Part shown: positions 9,169 through 17,656 of the stretch, piece after piece
Layout: every line of letters starts with the position of its first letter
Numbering within the stretch: position 1 is the stretch's first letter
DNA from: an uncultured Actinomycetes bacterium
GTDB lineage: Bacteria; Actinomycetota; UBA4738; HRBIN12
Length of the DNA stretch: 64,000 nucleotides
Assembly: GCA_963749895.1 (NCBI GenBank)
Contig: CAVVOG010000003.1
Coordinates: forward strand, 63,415-127,414
Reading direction: 5' to 3'
Program-made: the position numbers and the translations under genes
Notes under the pieces: model-generated
The model's database searches: none
Told to the model about the DNA's origin: nothing
The model's input: only the letters and a program-made list of their open reading frames with translations

Positions 9169-10079
9169 TGCGGCTGCCCAACCTGGTGATCGTCGGCGTG
9201 GGCAAGGGCGGCACGACGTCCCTGTTCTGGTACCTGTCGCAGCACCCCGACGTGTGCGCGTCCCATGAGAAGGAGATCCGGTACTTCGCCGCGCTCACGG
9301 AGGGTGGCGACCACCTGCCTCCCGTCGAGGAGTACGCGCAGCACTTCCGGCACTGCCGAGGGGAGCGCTTCGCGTTGGAGGCGAGCCCGCAGTACTTCCA
9401 CGGAGGAGAGCGGGTCGCCGCGGCGATGGCGGGCCTGCTCCAGGAACCGCACGTCGTCGTCTCGCTGCGCGATCCGGTTGAGCGGCTCTGGTCTCAGTTC
9501 CGGTTCGTGAAGACCCGGCTCGGTCCGATCCCCGAGTCGCAGACCTTCGAGGAGTACGTGGAGCGCAGCGAGCGTGTGTGGCGAGAGGAAGCGACGCTGA
9601 CGCCCGATGTCCTGCCGTACTGGCACCTCGCCGGCGGTGTCTACGCCGACCACCTGGAGCCGTGGTTCGCGACGTTCGGCGACCGGTTCCGCGTGGTCTT
9701 CTTCGAACAGCTCGCCTCCGATCCGGCAGGGGTCGTCGACGGGCTCGCCGGCTGGCTGGGTATCGACCGCGAACCGGTCGGTTCGTTCCGCTACTCGGTC
9801 GAGAACCGCACGACGATGTTCCGGAGCGAGCGCCTCCAGCGGATCGCGCTGTACCTGAACCGCGAGGACCTCCTCGGGCGGCATCGCCGGCTGAAGGACC
9901 CGCTACGGAAGCTGTACTACGCGGTCAACCGCCGCCAGGACGGCGACGCGATGCCAGTGGCGGTCCGTCGACACCTGCAGGAGCTCTACGCGCCCCAGAA
10001 CGCACGGCTCGCGGCCATGCTCAGCGAGCGCGGCTACGCGGAGCTCCCCGCTTGGCTGGCAACGCCCGGCCCGCACTAG
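9168..10079 (+). CDS. Sulfotransferase ST3 (Sulfotransfer_1-like, GKGGTTS loop)
   Basis: MRLPNLVIVGVGKGGTTSLFWYLSQHP (5'-PSB) and VVVSLRDPVERLWSQF (3'-PB). The ATG overlaps the ST2 stop (TGATG). Confidence 0.85.
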   Translation: MRLPNLVIVGVGKGGTTSLFWYLSQHPDVCASHEKEIRYFAALTEGGDHLPPVEEYAQHFRHCRGERFALEASPQYFHGGERVAAAMAGLLQEPHVVVSLRDPVERLWSQFRFVKTRLGPIPESQTFEEYVERSERVWREEATLTPDVLPYWHLAGGVYADHLEPWFATFGDRFRVVFFEQLASDPAGVVDGLAGWLGIDREPVGSFRYSVENRTTMFRSERLQRIALYLNREDLLGRHRRLKDPLRKLYYAVNRRQDGDAMPVAVRRHLQELYAPQNARLAAMLSERGYAELPAWLATPGPH

Positions 10080-11334
10080 CCACCGCGCGGGTCGCCTCGG
10101 CGTCGCCCTCGTCGGGCCTCCCGAGGGTGGATGCGATCGCGGCAAGGGCGAAGACGGTCGCGGACCGGGAGAGCCCTTCGAGCACCGGATTGAAGGCCAT
10201 CGCGACGAAGAATCCGTTCAGGCCCACGAGGAGGAGGCGTGCGAGCCTCGCTCGCTCCGGGGAGCCCGCGGCCGCGAAGGCGAAGTGCGCACGGATCAGG
10301 CTGGTCAGCAGGAGCACGATCCAGGCGCCGAGCAGCACGGCGCCGACGAGCCCTCCTTCGGCCAGGAACATCACGAAGTCGTTGTGATACGGGGACGCCG
10401 TCGTCTTGCTCGATTCGGTCACCGTGTCGCTCGCGAACCCCGTCCCGATGAACGGCGACTCCTGGAAGGTGGCGATCCCGTTGGCCCAGAACTCGAGGCG
10501 ACCCTGGCTCGTGTTGCGCTTCCCCACGGTCTCGAAGTACCTGCCCGCGACCTCGGTGCTCGCTCCGAAGTTCGCGACGGCGACCACGACGAGGATCAGC
10601 GCGACCCCGCCGATCAGGTAGGGGCGTGCGCGCGACGCTCCTGCGCTGGTCGCGAGCAATGTCAGGACCGTGACCAAGGTCACCAGGGTCGAGGTGGCCG
10701 AAGGGTAACCGAGGAAGATCACGGCGGCGCCCCCCACGAGCGCGAAGGTCCACCAACGATGGCCCAGCATGTAGGTGGCGGCGGCCCCGATCGTCACGTA
10801 GGGGAAGGTGGCGTTCTTGAACTGCCGGTACTCCGCGAGTCCGGGGAGGAGGCCGGAGTAGACCGCGGCTCCGAGCACGATGTAGATCGTGGCGATCCAC
10901 GCGAGCGCCCGAACCACCCGGAGCGATTCGTCTTCCCGCAGCGGTTCCACGACGAACAGCGAGGCGATCGCCAGGGACATCGGCAGGAAGAGCGCGCGCG
11001 CGGTGCTCGTGACCCCCAGGAACAGGACGCCATACATCGTGCCGACGAAACCGAAGGCGAACAGCAGGATCAGGGCGATCTCGTAGTGCCGGGGTTTGCG
11101 GATCAGCGTCGAACCGTTCGAACGGATCGCGAACAGGGCAGCGATCGGCACGAGCAGGATCACGTACCGCACGGCGCCGCCCCTGACCGACCTGTCGAGG
11201 ACGTTGAAGACGTCGACGGCGGTGGCGAAGAACACGACGAGCAACGCTCGTGCGTACCGATAGCCGTCGCTGGGGATCGTCCTTGCGGGGCGCACGAGGC
11301 TCCGGGTATGGAGCGCCGAGGTGGGGGAGACCAT
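10021..11334 (-). CDS. O-antigen ligase/polymerase-family membrane protein (Wzy-like)
   Basis: About 10 hydrophobic segments and a YHNDFVMFLAEGGLVGAVLLGAWIVLL block typical of the Wzy_C/O-antigen ligase domain. ATG 11334 (MVSPTS...) was chosen; the ORF is open to 11571. The 3' end overlaps ST3 by 59 nt (convergent). Confidence 0.75.
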   Translation of the reverse strand: MVSPTSALHTRSLVRPARTIPSDGYRYARALLVVFFATAVDVFNVLDRSVRGGAVRYVILLVPIAALFAIRSNGSTLIRKPRHYEIALILLFAFGFVGTMYGVLFLGVTSTARALFLPMSLAIASLFVVEPLREDESLRVVRALAWIATIYIVLGAAVYSGLLPGLAEYRQFKNATFPYVTIGAAATYMLGHRWWTFALVGGAAVIFLGYPSATSTLVTLVTVLTLLATSAGASRARPYLIGGVALILVVVAVANFGASTEVAGRYFETVGKRNTSQGRLEFWANGIATFQESPFIGTGFASDTVTESSKTTASPYHNDFVMFLAEGGLVGAVLLGAWIVLLLTSLIRAHFAFAAAGSPERARLARLLLVGLNGFFVAMAFNPVLEGLSRSATVFALAAIASTLGRPDEGDAEATRAVASAGRALPAKRGAPRSRAR

Positions 11335-11360
11335 CGCGGGACACGATACCGGCTCGTACC

Positions 11361-11366
11361 TATACT
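11361..11366 (+). promoter_or_regulatory. -10-like hexamer TATACT, 7 nt upstream of ATG 11374 (leaderless-type arrangement)
   Basis: Matches TANNNT. There is no Shine-Dalgarno sequence between the hexamer and the ATG. Confidence 0.4.
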
Positions 11367-11373
11367 GCGCCCC

Positions 11374-12345
11374 ATGCCTGGGTCTGGATCCCTGCCCACC
11401 GTGGTCGCGAGCTCGGTCGTGCGCTCCAGCTACCAGGGCGAGAGCCATGGTGGGGTCTATCTGGTCGACCTGAACTCCGGCTCGGTCGAACAGGTGCTCG
11501 ACTGGAGCGAGGGGTCGATCAGCTGGGAGGGTCGCGGTGGCGACCGTGGGCTGCGCGGCATCGCGTTCCACGGATCACACATCTACCTCGCGGCGAGCGA
11601 CGAGATCTTCGTCTTCGACTCCGACTTCGTGCATCTCGGTTCGTTCCGCAACCCGTATCTCAAGCACTGCCACGAGATCGACATCCGCGGCAACCGCCTG
11701 TACGCGACGTCCACCGGATTCGACTCGATCCTCGAGTTCGACCTGTCGTCGGAGCGGTTCATCCGCGGCTACTGCGTCCGGTTCTCTCCGATCTGGCGGG
11801 CCCGGCGCAAGCTCCGCGTCCGTCCACGTCCTCGCTTCTCGGTCTTCGATCCGACCGGTCCGCTCGGGCCCGGGCCCGCCGACACGTGCCACGTCAACAA
11901 CGTCGTGGCCGACGACGACGGGCTCCTCGTCTCGGGAACGGGGCTGGAGGACATCTGGCGCATCCAAGGAGCATCGCTGTCACGTGCTGCCCGGATCGCC
12001 TACGGGTCCCACAACGCGCGGCTCTTCCGCGACGGTGCCCTGCTCAACCACACGAAGACGGATCGGGTCGCCTTCATGGATCGCCGCGGCACGCTCCTGC
12101 GATCGTGGGCGATCCCGAGGTTCGCGCGTGATGAGCTCGACCACGCGGATCTGCCGGAGGACCTCGCCCGCCAGTCGTTCGGGCGGGGGCTCGCCGTCGT
12201 GGACGGCGACCTATTCGTGGCCGGCTCGTCGCCAGCGACCGTGACCGCCTATGCGTTCGACTCGACCGAGGCCCTCGCCCACGTCAACCTGACCAAGGAC
12301 GTCCGCAACGCGGTTCACGGGCTCGAGGTCTGGCCCTTCTCGTAG
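11374..12345 (+). CDS. Hypothetical cytoplasmic beta-propeller-like protein (possibly DUF4915/TIGR03032-like)
   Basis: 323 aa with no signal peptide. Recurrent blade-like segments: GIAFHGSHIYLAASDEIFVFD, HEIDIRGNRLYATSTGFDSILEFD, VVADDDGLLVSGTGLEDIWRI, LAVVDGDLFVAGSSPATVTAYAFD. The family name is a guess. Confidence 0.6.
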   Translation: MPGSGSLPTVVASSVVRSSYQGESHGGVYLVDLNSGSVEQVLDWSEGSISWEGRGGDRGLRGIAFHGSHIYLAASDEIFVFDSDFVHLGSFRNPYLKHCHEIDIRGNRLYATSTGFDSILEFDLSSERFIRGYCVRFSPIWRARRKLRVRPRPRFSVFDPTGPLGPGPADTCHVNNVVADDDGLLVSGTGLEDIWRIQGASLSRAARIAYGSHNARLFRDGALLNHTKTDRVAFMDRRGTLLRSWAIPRFARDELDHADLPEDLARQSFGRGLAVVDGDLFVAGSSPATVTAYAFDSTEALAHVNLTKDVRNAVHGLEVWPFS

Positions 12346-13310
12346 ACCGAGTGGGCTTCCCCGCCCTTCGACGTCCGCCAGAGCAGACCGCCCGCGGCGC
12401 TCCGCCCCTTCGTGAGGGCACGACCGTACGCGGTGCGAGCGACGTCGGAGCCGAGGGACCCGAGCGAGACTGGGATCTCGTCGAGCTCTCCGAGCAGCCC
12501 GTCGAGCGAGTACCCCATCACGGCCAGACGCTCCTGACCGATCCACCGCAGGTAGTCGCGACACCATCGGCGACGCACCGACGAGGAGATCGACCGCTTC
12601 CATCGTTCCAGCGGTTCGGTACTGAGCACGTCGTAGCGATGCCGTCCGGTCGGATCACCCATCCGCGCCTCCACGTCGACGCCGGCGAATCGGGCGAGAG
12701 AGGCGGGGTCGAACGCCACGCCGACGTGGTCGAAGAGGGCGGGCCAGGTCTCCTCGGGACGCGTGAGGAGGTCTTCGAAGCGGACGGCGTGGGTCCGGTC
12801 GGCGTGCGCCTCGTACGCGCGCACGAGGTTGTCGATGCCCTCGAACAGATCCACGCGCCAGCGTTCGACCATCCACCGGCCTCGACCCCAGGTCTCCACG
12901 GTCGACGCGACCACGGCCAGCGGGTTGCGCCACAAGGTCACGAAGTGGGCCTCAGGGAAGATGCGGTACAGGTCGTCGGCCACGAAGTGGTATCGCGGGG
13001 TCTTGTCCACGAACAGCCGGTCGTTCGGCTCCGAGGCGGCGAGGTAGAGCCGCTCGACGAACCCACGGACCTCCGACCAGTAGCGCTCCCGACCGCCGTC
13101 GAGCCGATCGGCGAAGTCGCCGATCGCCCGCCCCGCGAGCGCGTGGCCGTACTCGGCGTAGGCGCCGGCGTCGCGCAGGGCGTAGACCTGGGGAAGCACG
13201 ATCCAGGGTTCGGCTGCCGTCGCCACACCGTCGTGCGCCGCGAGCACGCGCTGCACGAGCGTGGAGCCCGAACGCGGGAGCGACAGGAGGAACACGGGTG
13301 TGACGCTCAT
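12315..13310 (-). CDS. Sulfotransferase ST4 (LPRSGSTL loop)
   Basis: MSVTPVFLLSLPRSGSTLVQRVL (5'-PSB) and HFVTLWRNPLAVVAS (3'-PB-like). ATG 13310 overlaps the wzx-like stop (ATGA). Confidence 0.8.
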   Translation of the reverse strand: MSVTPVFLLSLPRSGSTLVQRVLAAHDGVATAAEPWIVLPQVYALRDAGAYAEYGHALAGRAIGDFADRLDGGRERYWSEVRGFVERLYLAASEPNDRLFVDKTPRYHFVADDLYRIFPEAHFVTLWRNPLAVVASTVETWGRGRWMVERWRVDLFEGIDNLVRAYEAHADRTHAVRFEDLLTRPEETWPALFDHVGVAFDPASLARFAGVDVEARMGDPTGRHRYDVLSTEPLERWKRSISSSVRRRWCRDYLRWIGQERLAVMGYSLDGLLGELDEIPVSLGSLGSDVARTAYGRALTKGRSAAGGLLWRTSKGGEAHSVYEKGQTSSP

Positions 13311-14752
13311 GAGCGACGACCTCCTCGGCCGGCTCGGCCCTTGCCCGTGAGGAACTCCATGAAGGGGCCGGGCGACAGCTGGATGTGGGTCCACACGCCG
13401 ACGAGGCGATGGGCGAGGTAGAGCTGCACGAGGTTCTGCACGATCTGCGCGGACGCGGTCGTCACGGCGACGCCGATGAGACCGAACCGGGGTGCGGCGA
13501 AGATCCCCGAGACGACGCTCAGGATGCCGGCGCTGACCGTCACGGTCATCGCGACCCGTTGGTAGCCGGTCATCATCAACACGACCGCGCACGAACCCGT
13601 CCACACGGCGACCAGACGCCCGATCGACAAGATCACGAGCGCCGTCGCACCCTGCGCGTAGAAGTCCCCGTACACGACGCTCATCACCCAGGGTCCGAAC
13701 GCGATGAACACGAGCAGGACGAGGAACGAGGGCAACCCGGCGATCGTCGCGGCCCCGCGGAGCGCGCGTTCCATGTCGTGGGTCCGTCCCTGCTCGTGGA
13801 GTTCGGCGACGATCGGCGGCGTCACCCCCTGGACGATCAGGAAGGGCGTCGCGACGAAGACCACGAGTCGTGACGCGGCCCCGTAGATCGCCACGTCGGT
13901 CTGGCTCTGGTAGGCACCCAGGATCCACAGGTCGACCCCGCGCCCCAGGAGCAGGATCGAGATGTTCGTGATCAGCAGGGGCCACGCGTAGGAGAGCAGC
14001 TCGCGACGCCCGACGTCGCCCTCGCCGTGGAGGCCGCGCACACGACCCAGGAGGAGGCCCGCGGCGAGGACGGTCGTGGTGAGCGTCGCTCCGGCCGACA
14101 GGATCACGATCGCGCGGAGGTCGGCGCCGGCACCTGCCAGGACGAGGACCCCGAAGATCGACGCCGAGAGGGTGTCCACGAGGAGGGCGTCCAGAACCGT
14201 CGAGAGATCGAAGCGCTGGAGGCCGCGGAAGGTCTCCACCAGGAGCGATTGGAGCGCCGTGACGATCAGCCATCCCGCCGCGATCGGCATGACCGCCTCG
14301 ATCGCGCCGGACCGGAACACGGACGTGGCGAGCCAATCACCGACCCCGAGCCAGAGGAGCGCCCCGGCGACGAGCGATCCGAGTCCACCGTAGGTCAGCG
14401 ACCTGCGGATCGCGGCCTTGGCCCTGCCCGGGTCGCCCGCGGCGATCGCCCCCGACACGAAGCGCACGACCGCCCGGTCGAGCCCCAGCTGCGCGACCGT
14501 GCTCCCGATCACCACCAACGCGTACGTGGTGAAGTACGCGCCGAGCTCCTCGGGACTCAGGAGGCGAGCGAGCATCGAGTTGATCGCGACCCCGAGGGCG
14601 ATCGTGGCGATCTTCCCGCCCATCACCCAGGCGGAGCCACGGAGGATCCGTCGCCGAAGACTGGCGAACGCCTCTCCGCGCGTGACGATCACGTTGCCTT
14701 CGAGAGCCTCACCTACCGCCTCGCCCACCGGGTCGGTCGCCGCGTCACCCAC
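13307..14752 (-). CDS. Polysaccharide flippase (MOP/PST family, Wzx-like)
   Basis: 481 aa with about 12-14 hydrophobic helices and an N-terminal RGSAWVMGGKIATIALGVAINSMLARLLSPEELG segment typical of PST-family proteins. GTG start at 14752. Confidence 0.8.
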   Translation of the reverse strand: MGDAATDPVGEAVGEALEGNVIVTRGEAFASLRRRILRGSAWVMGGKIATIALGVAINSMLARLLSPEELGAYFTTYALVVIGSTVAQLGLDRAVVRFVSGAIAAGDPGRAKAAIRRSLTYGGLGSLVAGALLWLGVGDWLATSVFRSGAIEAVMPIAAGWLIVTALQSLLVETFRGLQRFDLSTVLDALLVDTLSASIFGVLVLAGAGADLRAIVILSAGATLTTTVLAAGLLLGRVRGLHGEGDVGRRELLSYAWPLLITNISILLLGRGVDLWILGAYQSQTDVAIYGAASRLVVFVATPFLIVQGVTPPIVAELHEQGRTHDMERALRGAATIAGLPSFLVLLVFIAFGPWVMSVVYGDFYAQGATALVILSIGRLVAVWTGSCAVVLMMTGYQRVAMTVTVSAGILSVVSGIFAAPRFGLIGVAVTTASAQIVQNLVQLYLAHRLVGVWTHIQLSPGPFMEFLTGKGRAGRGGRRS

Positions 14753-14758
14753 TCGGGC

Positions 14759-15691
14759 TCACCAGTCCTCGTCGCCGTAGAACGCACCGGCGATCGGTTC
14801 GACCCCGCCGCGGATCCGGGCGAGGTCGTCGGAGGAAAGCGAGCGCCGCCACGCCTGCACGGCGGCCCGGCTGTCTCGCTTCGTGGAAGCCATGTCGGCG
14901 ACCTGGTCCGGGTTCGACGCGTCGCTGTGCTCCAGGATCGTCGCCCGAACCTCGTCTTCGAACGGCATCCCGAGATGGTCGAACATCGTGCCGAACCGCG
15001 AGAGGGGGTCGTGCGCGACATCCTCGAGCCGCAGGAACAGCCAGTCCGGCCTGTTCGCCTGGAACTCGGCGATCGCGTGGTGGATCAGGTTCCACAGGAG
15101 GATCCCCTGGTCGAGCAGCGGCTGTTCCTGTTCGGCGAACCGCTGGACCTCGCCATCGAACGGCGCGAGCGGCCCCTCCATCAGGAGCGGCTGGTCCACG
15201 AAGTCACGGAAGGGATGGTGCAGTTCGCGGCGGACGACGCTGTCCACGAACGCGGCAGGATGGCGGATCAGGACGATCACGTCGGCGTCGAGCCGGTCGG
15301 CGATCCACTCCGAAGAGAACACGGCGATCGGGTCCTTCAGCAACGGCCTTGCACCTCGTGCCCTGAACCGCCGGAACCTTCGGGCGTCGCGCATCAGCCG
15401 TCCGGCATCCTTCGGGGTCCGGATCGCCCGGATCTCCGCCGCGTACCGATAGCGATACGCGAGCATGTCGCGGAGCCCTGGCTCGTAGCGGTCATGGTTC
15501 CGTTCGCACACGTACTCGAACCACTTGTCGAAGGGCACGTCACGGATCCCGGGCCGAGCGAGTGGGCTGAACGGTTCCCACAGGTAGGCGATGGGGTGAG
15601 AAGGGGATGCCGCTATCATGCTGCCCACCCATCCCGTGCCGGACCGGTGTGAACCGGTCACCAAGATCGGTTTTCGGCTCGGAAGGGACAC
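14759..15691 (-). CDS. Sulfotransferase ST5 (SHRSGT loop, Stf0/Sulfotransfer_3-like)
   Basis: ILVTGSHRSGTGWVGSMI (5'-PSB) and VIVLIRHPAAFVDS (3'-PB-like). GTG start at 15691. Confidence 0.7.
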   Translation of the reverse strand: MSLPSRKPILVTGSHRSGTGWVGSMIAASPSHPIAYLWEPFSPLARPGIRDVPFDKWFEYVCERNHDRYEPGLRDMLAYRYRYAAEIRAIRTPKDAGRLMRDARRFRRFRARGARPLLKDPIAVFSSEWIADRLDADVIVLIRHPAAFVDSVVRRELHHPFRDFVDQPLLMEGPLAPFDGEVQRFAEQEQPLLDQGILLWNLIHHAIAEFQANRPDWLFLRLEDVAHDPLSRFGTMFDHLGMPFEDEVRATILEHSDASNPDQVADMASTKRDSRAAVQAWRRSLSSDDLARIRGGVEPIAGAFYGDEDW

Positions 15692-15735
15692 GGCCGACTA
15701 CGTTACAGGACACGACACGGGGGTCAGGGAGCACG

Positions 15736-16527
15736 ATGGCTGGGACGACCAGGTTCGGGGTGGTGACGCCGTCGCTGAACGCGGAGAGCTACCTCGAGGA
15801 CACCCTGCGCTCGATCTGGTCACAGGACGGGTTCGAGATCGATCATGTGATCGTCGACGGCGGGTCGACCGACCGAACCCTGGAGATCGCGGCGGCGTTC
15901 CCGTCCAGGGTGGTGGTGTCTCCCGACGATCAGGGCATGTACGACGCGATCAACCGCGGGATGTCGCTCGTGGAGGGCGACATCGTCGGCTACATCAACG
16001 CCGACGACGAGATCGCGCCCGGGGCGTTCCGTCTGGTGGCGGAGGCCTTCGAGCGGGACGGCGATGCGCAGTGGCTGTTCGGCACCGTCGAGTACACGGA
16101 CGGCGAGGGCAAGGTGATCGGCCACCTCGCACCGATCGCGCCCTCGCTCCGTGCCTTCCTGGGGATCGGGTGGTCGCCGATCCCGCAGCAGACCGTGTGG
16201 GCGCGGCGCTCCTTCTACGACCGTGTCGGGCCGTTCGACATCGGGTACCGCAACTGCGGCGACTACGACTGGTACGCGCGAGCCTTGAAGCTGGCCAAGC
16301 CGCTCGTCCTCCCGGAGGTCCTCGGCAGGTTCAGGCTGCACGAGGGCCAGATCTCGTTGAACCTCGAGAAGATGGAGCGCGAGAGCCGCATGGTGCGCGA
16401 GCGTCACGGTGGCGCCGGGACCGATGCGTACCTCCTCGGGCGCCTCCTGAGCCTGAGGCTCAACGCGCGTAACCCCGACTGGTTCATGGCGAAGCGTACC
16501 GGCCGTATCAGCTTCGAGCCGCGCTGA
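15736..16527 (+). CDS. GT2-family glycosyltransferase
   Basis: FGVVTPSLNAESYLEDTLRSIWSQ, IVDGGSTDRT, and YINADDE (DxD). ATG 15736 follows GGGAG. Confidence 0.85.
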   Translation: MAGTTRFGVVTPSLNAESYLEDTLRSIWSQDGFEIDHVIVDGGSTDRTLEIAAAFPSRVVVSPDDQGMYDAINRGMSLVEGDIVGYINADDEIAPGAFRLVAEAFERDGDAQWLFGTVEYTDGEGKVIGHLAPIAPSLRAFLGIGWSPIPQQTVWARRSFYDRVGPFDIGYRNCGDYDWYARALKLAKPLVLPEVLGRFRLHEGQISLNLEKMERESRMVRERHGGAGTDAYLLGRLLSLRLNARNPDWFMAKRTGRISFEPR

Positions 16528-16629
16528 CCGGGGCTCGCCCTTCCCCGGGCCGGTGCCGAACGGAGGGGTCGAGGTCGAGCCGAAAGGCGGGGGAGCGCCG
16601 ACGACGACCATGGCTATGATGCCGATCCG

Positions 16630-17655
16630 ATGAAGATCAAGGTCCTGTGCACGATCGGCCCTGCGTCGCTGCGACCGGAGGTGATCCGAGCCCTCGATGA
16701 GCGGGGTGTCGATCTGTTGCGCATCAACCTCTCGCACACCTCGCTCGAGGAGGTGGAGCCGGTGATCCGGTTGCTCCGGGCCTCCTCGTCGGCGCCGATC
16801 TGCCTCGACACGGAGGGCGCCCAGGTCCGGTGCGGGCGGATGGCGCGCGACGTCGTGCTCGCAGCGGGAGCGACGGTCCTGCTGACCGCCGACGACATCA
16901 AGGGGGACGCGGAGCGGATCACGCTGTGGCCCGGACAGGTGATCGAGCAGCTCGGGGTCGACGATCTCGTCACGATCGATTTCGACGGCGCGCAACTGCG
17001 GATCGACGAGGTCTCGGGCGACGAGGCCCGCGCCACGGTCATCACGGGAGGGCGGGTGCGCTCGAACAAGGCCGTCACCGGCGCCCCCGTCGCCGCACTG
17101 CCCGCGCTGTCCGAGAAGGACGAGCAGGCGATCCAGATCGGGGCCGGCCTGGGGATCGTGCACTACGCGCTCTCGTTCGCGAGCTCGGCGGACGACGTCG
17201 CGCGCCTGCGTGAGCTCGCTCCTCCGAGCGCGCACGTGATGGCGAAGATCGAGAGCCGCGAGGGTGTTCGCGACATGGACGCGATCATCCACGCGGCGGA
17301 CTCGGTGATCATCGACCGCGGCGATCTGTCACGGGAGGTGCCCCTCGAGTACGTGCCCTACTACCAGAAGGCCATCGTGCGCCGGGCGAACCGGTGGAAC
17401 CGGCCCGTCTACGTCGCCACGAACCTCCTGGAGTCGATGGTGACGAGCCTGCAGCCCACGATCGCCGAGACGAACGACATCGCGAACACGCTCCTCGACG
17501 GTGTCCACGGCCTGGTGCTCGCGGCGGAGACCGCGGTGGGGATCGATCCGGTCGGGTCGGTCGACATGGTGTTGCGTGCCGTAGAGGCGTTCGAGCGGAT
17601 GGGCGAGGGGCAACTGCTCGAAGAGGACCGCTCGTCGCGCGGGGCGGCGCGCTAG
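16630..17655 (+). CDS. Pyruvate kinase-like protein lacking the C-terminal regulatory domain
   Basis: 341 aa. Motifs KVLCTIGPAS, RINLSHT, CLDTEGAQVR, MAKIESREG, IIDRGDLSREV, YVATNLLESM and PTIAETNDIANT are colinear with the PK A/B domains. The ORF ends about 120-130 aa earlier than canonical PK. A TATGAT hexamer lies at 16615-16620. Confidence 0.75.
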   Translation: MKIKVLCTIGPASLRPEVIRALDERGVDLLRINLSHTSLEEVEPVIRLLRASSSAPICLDTEGAQVRCGRMARDVVLAAGATVLLTADDIKGDAERITLWPGQVIEQLGVDDLVTIDFDGAQLRIDEVSGDEARATVITGGRVRSNKAVTGAPVAALPALSEKDEQAIQIGAGLGIVHYALSFASSADDVARLRELAPPSAHVMAKIESREGVRDMDAIIHAADSVIIDRGDLSREVPLEYVPYYQKAIVRRANRWNRPVYVATNLLESMVTSLQPTIAETNDIANTLLDGVHGLVLAAETAVGIDPVGSVDMVLRAVEAFERMGEGQLLEEDRSSRGAAR

Positions 17656-17656
17656 T

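Noticed and set aside
10285-11373. Upstream 363 codons of plus-strand ORF 10285..12345.
   Set aside because: This part is antisense to the Wzy-like membrane protein and gives a charged low-complexity translation. The real gene starts at ATG 11374 after the TATACT hexamer.
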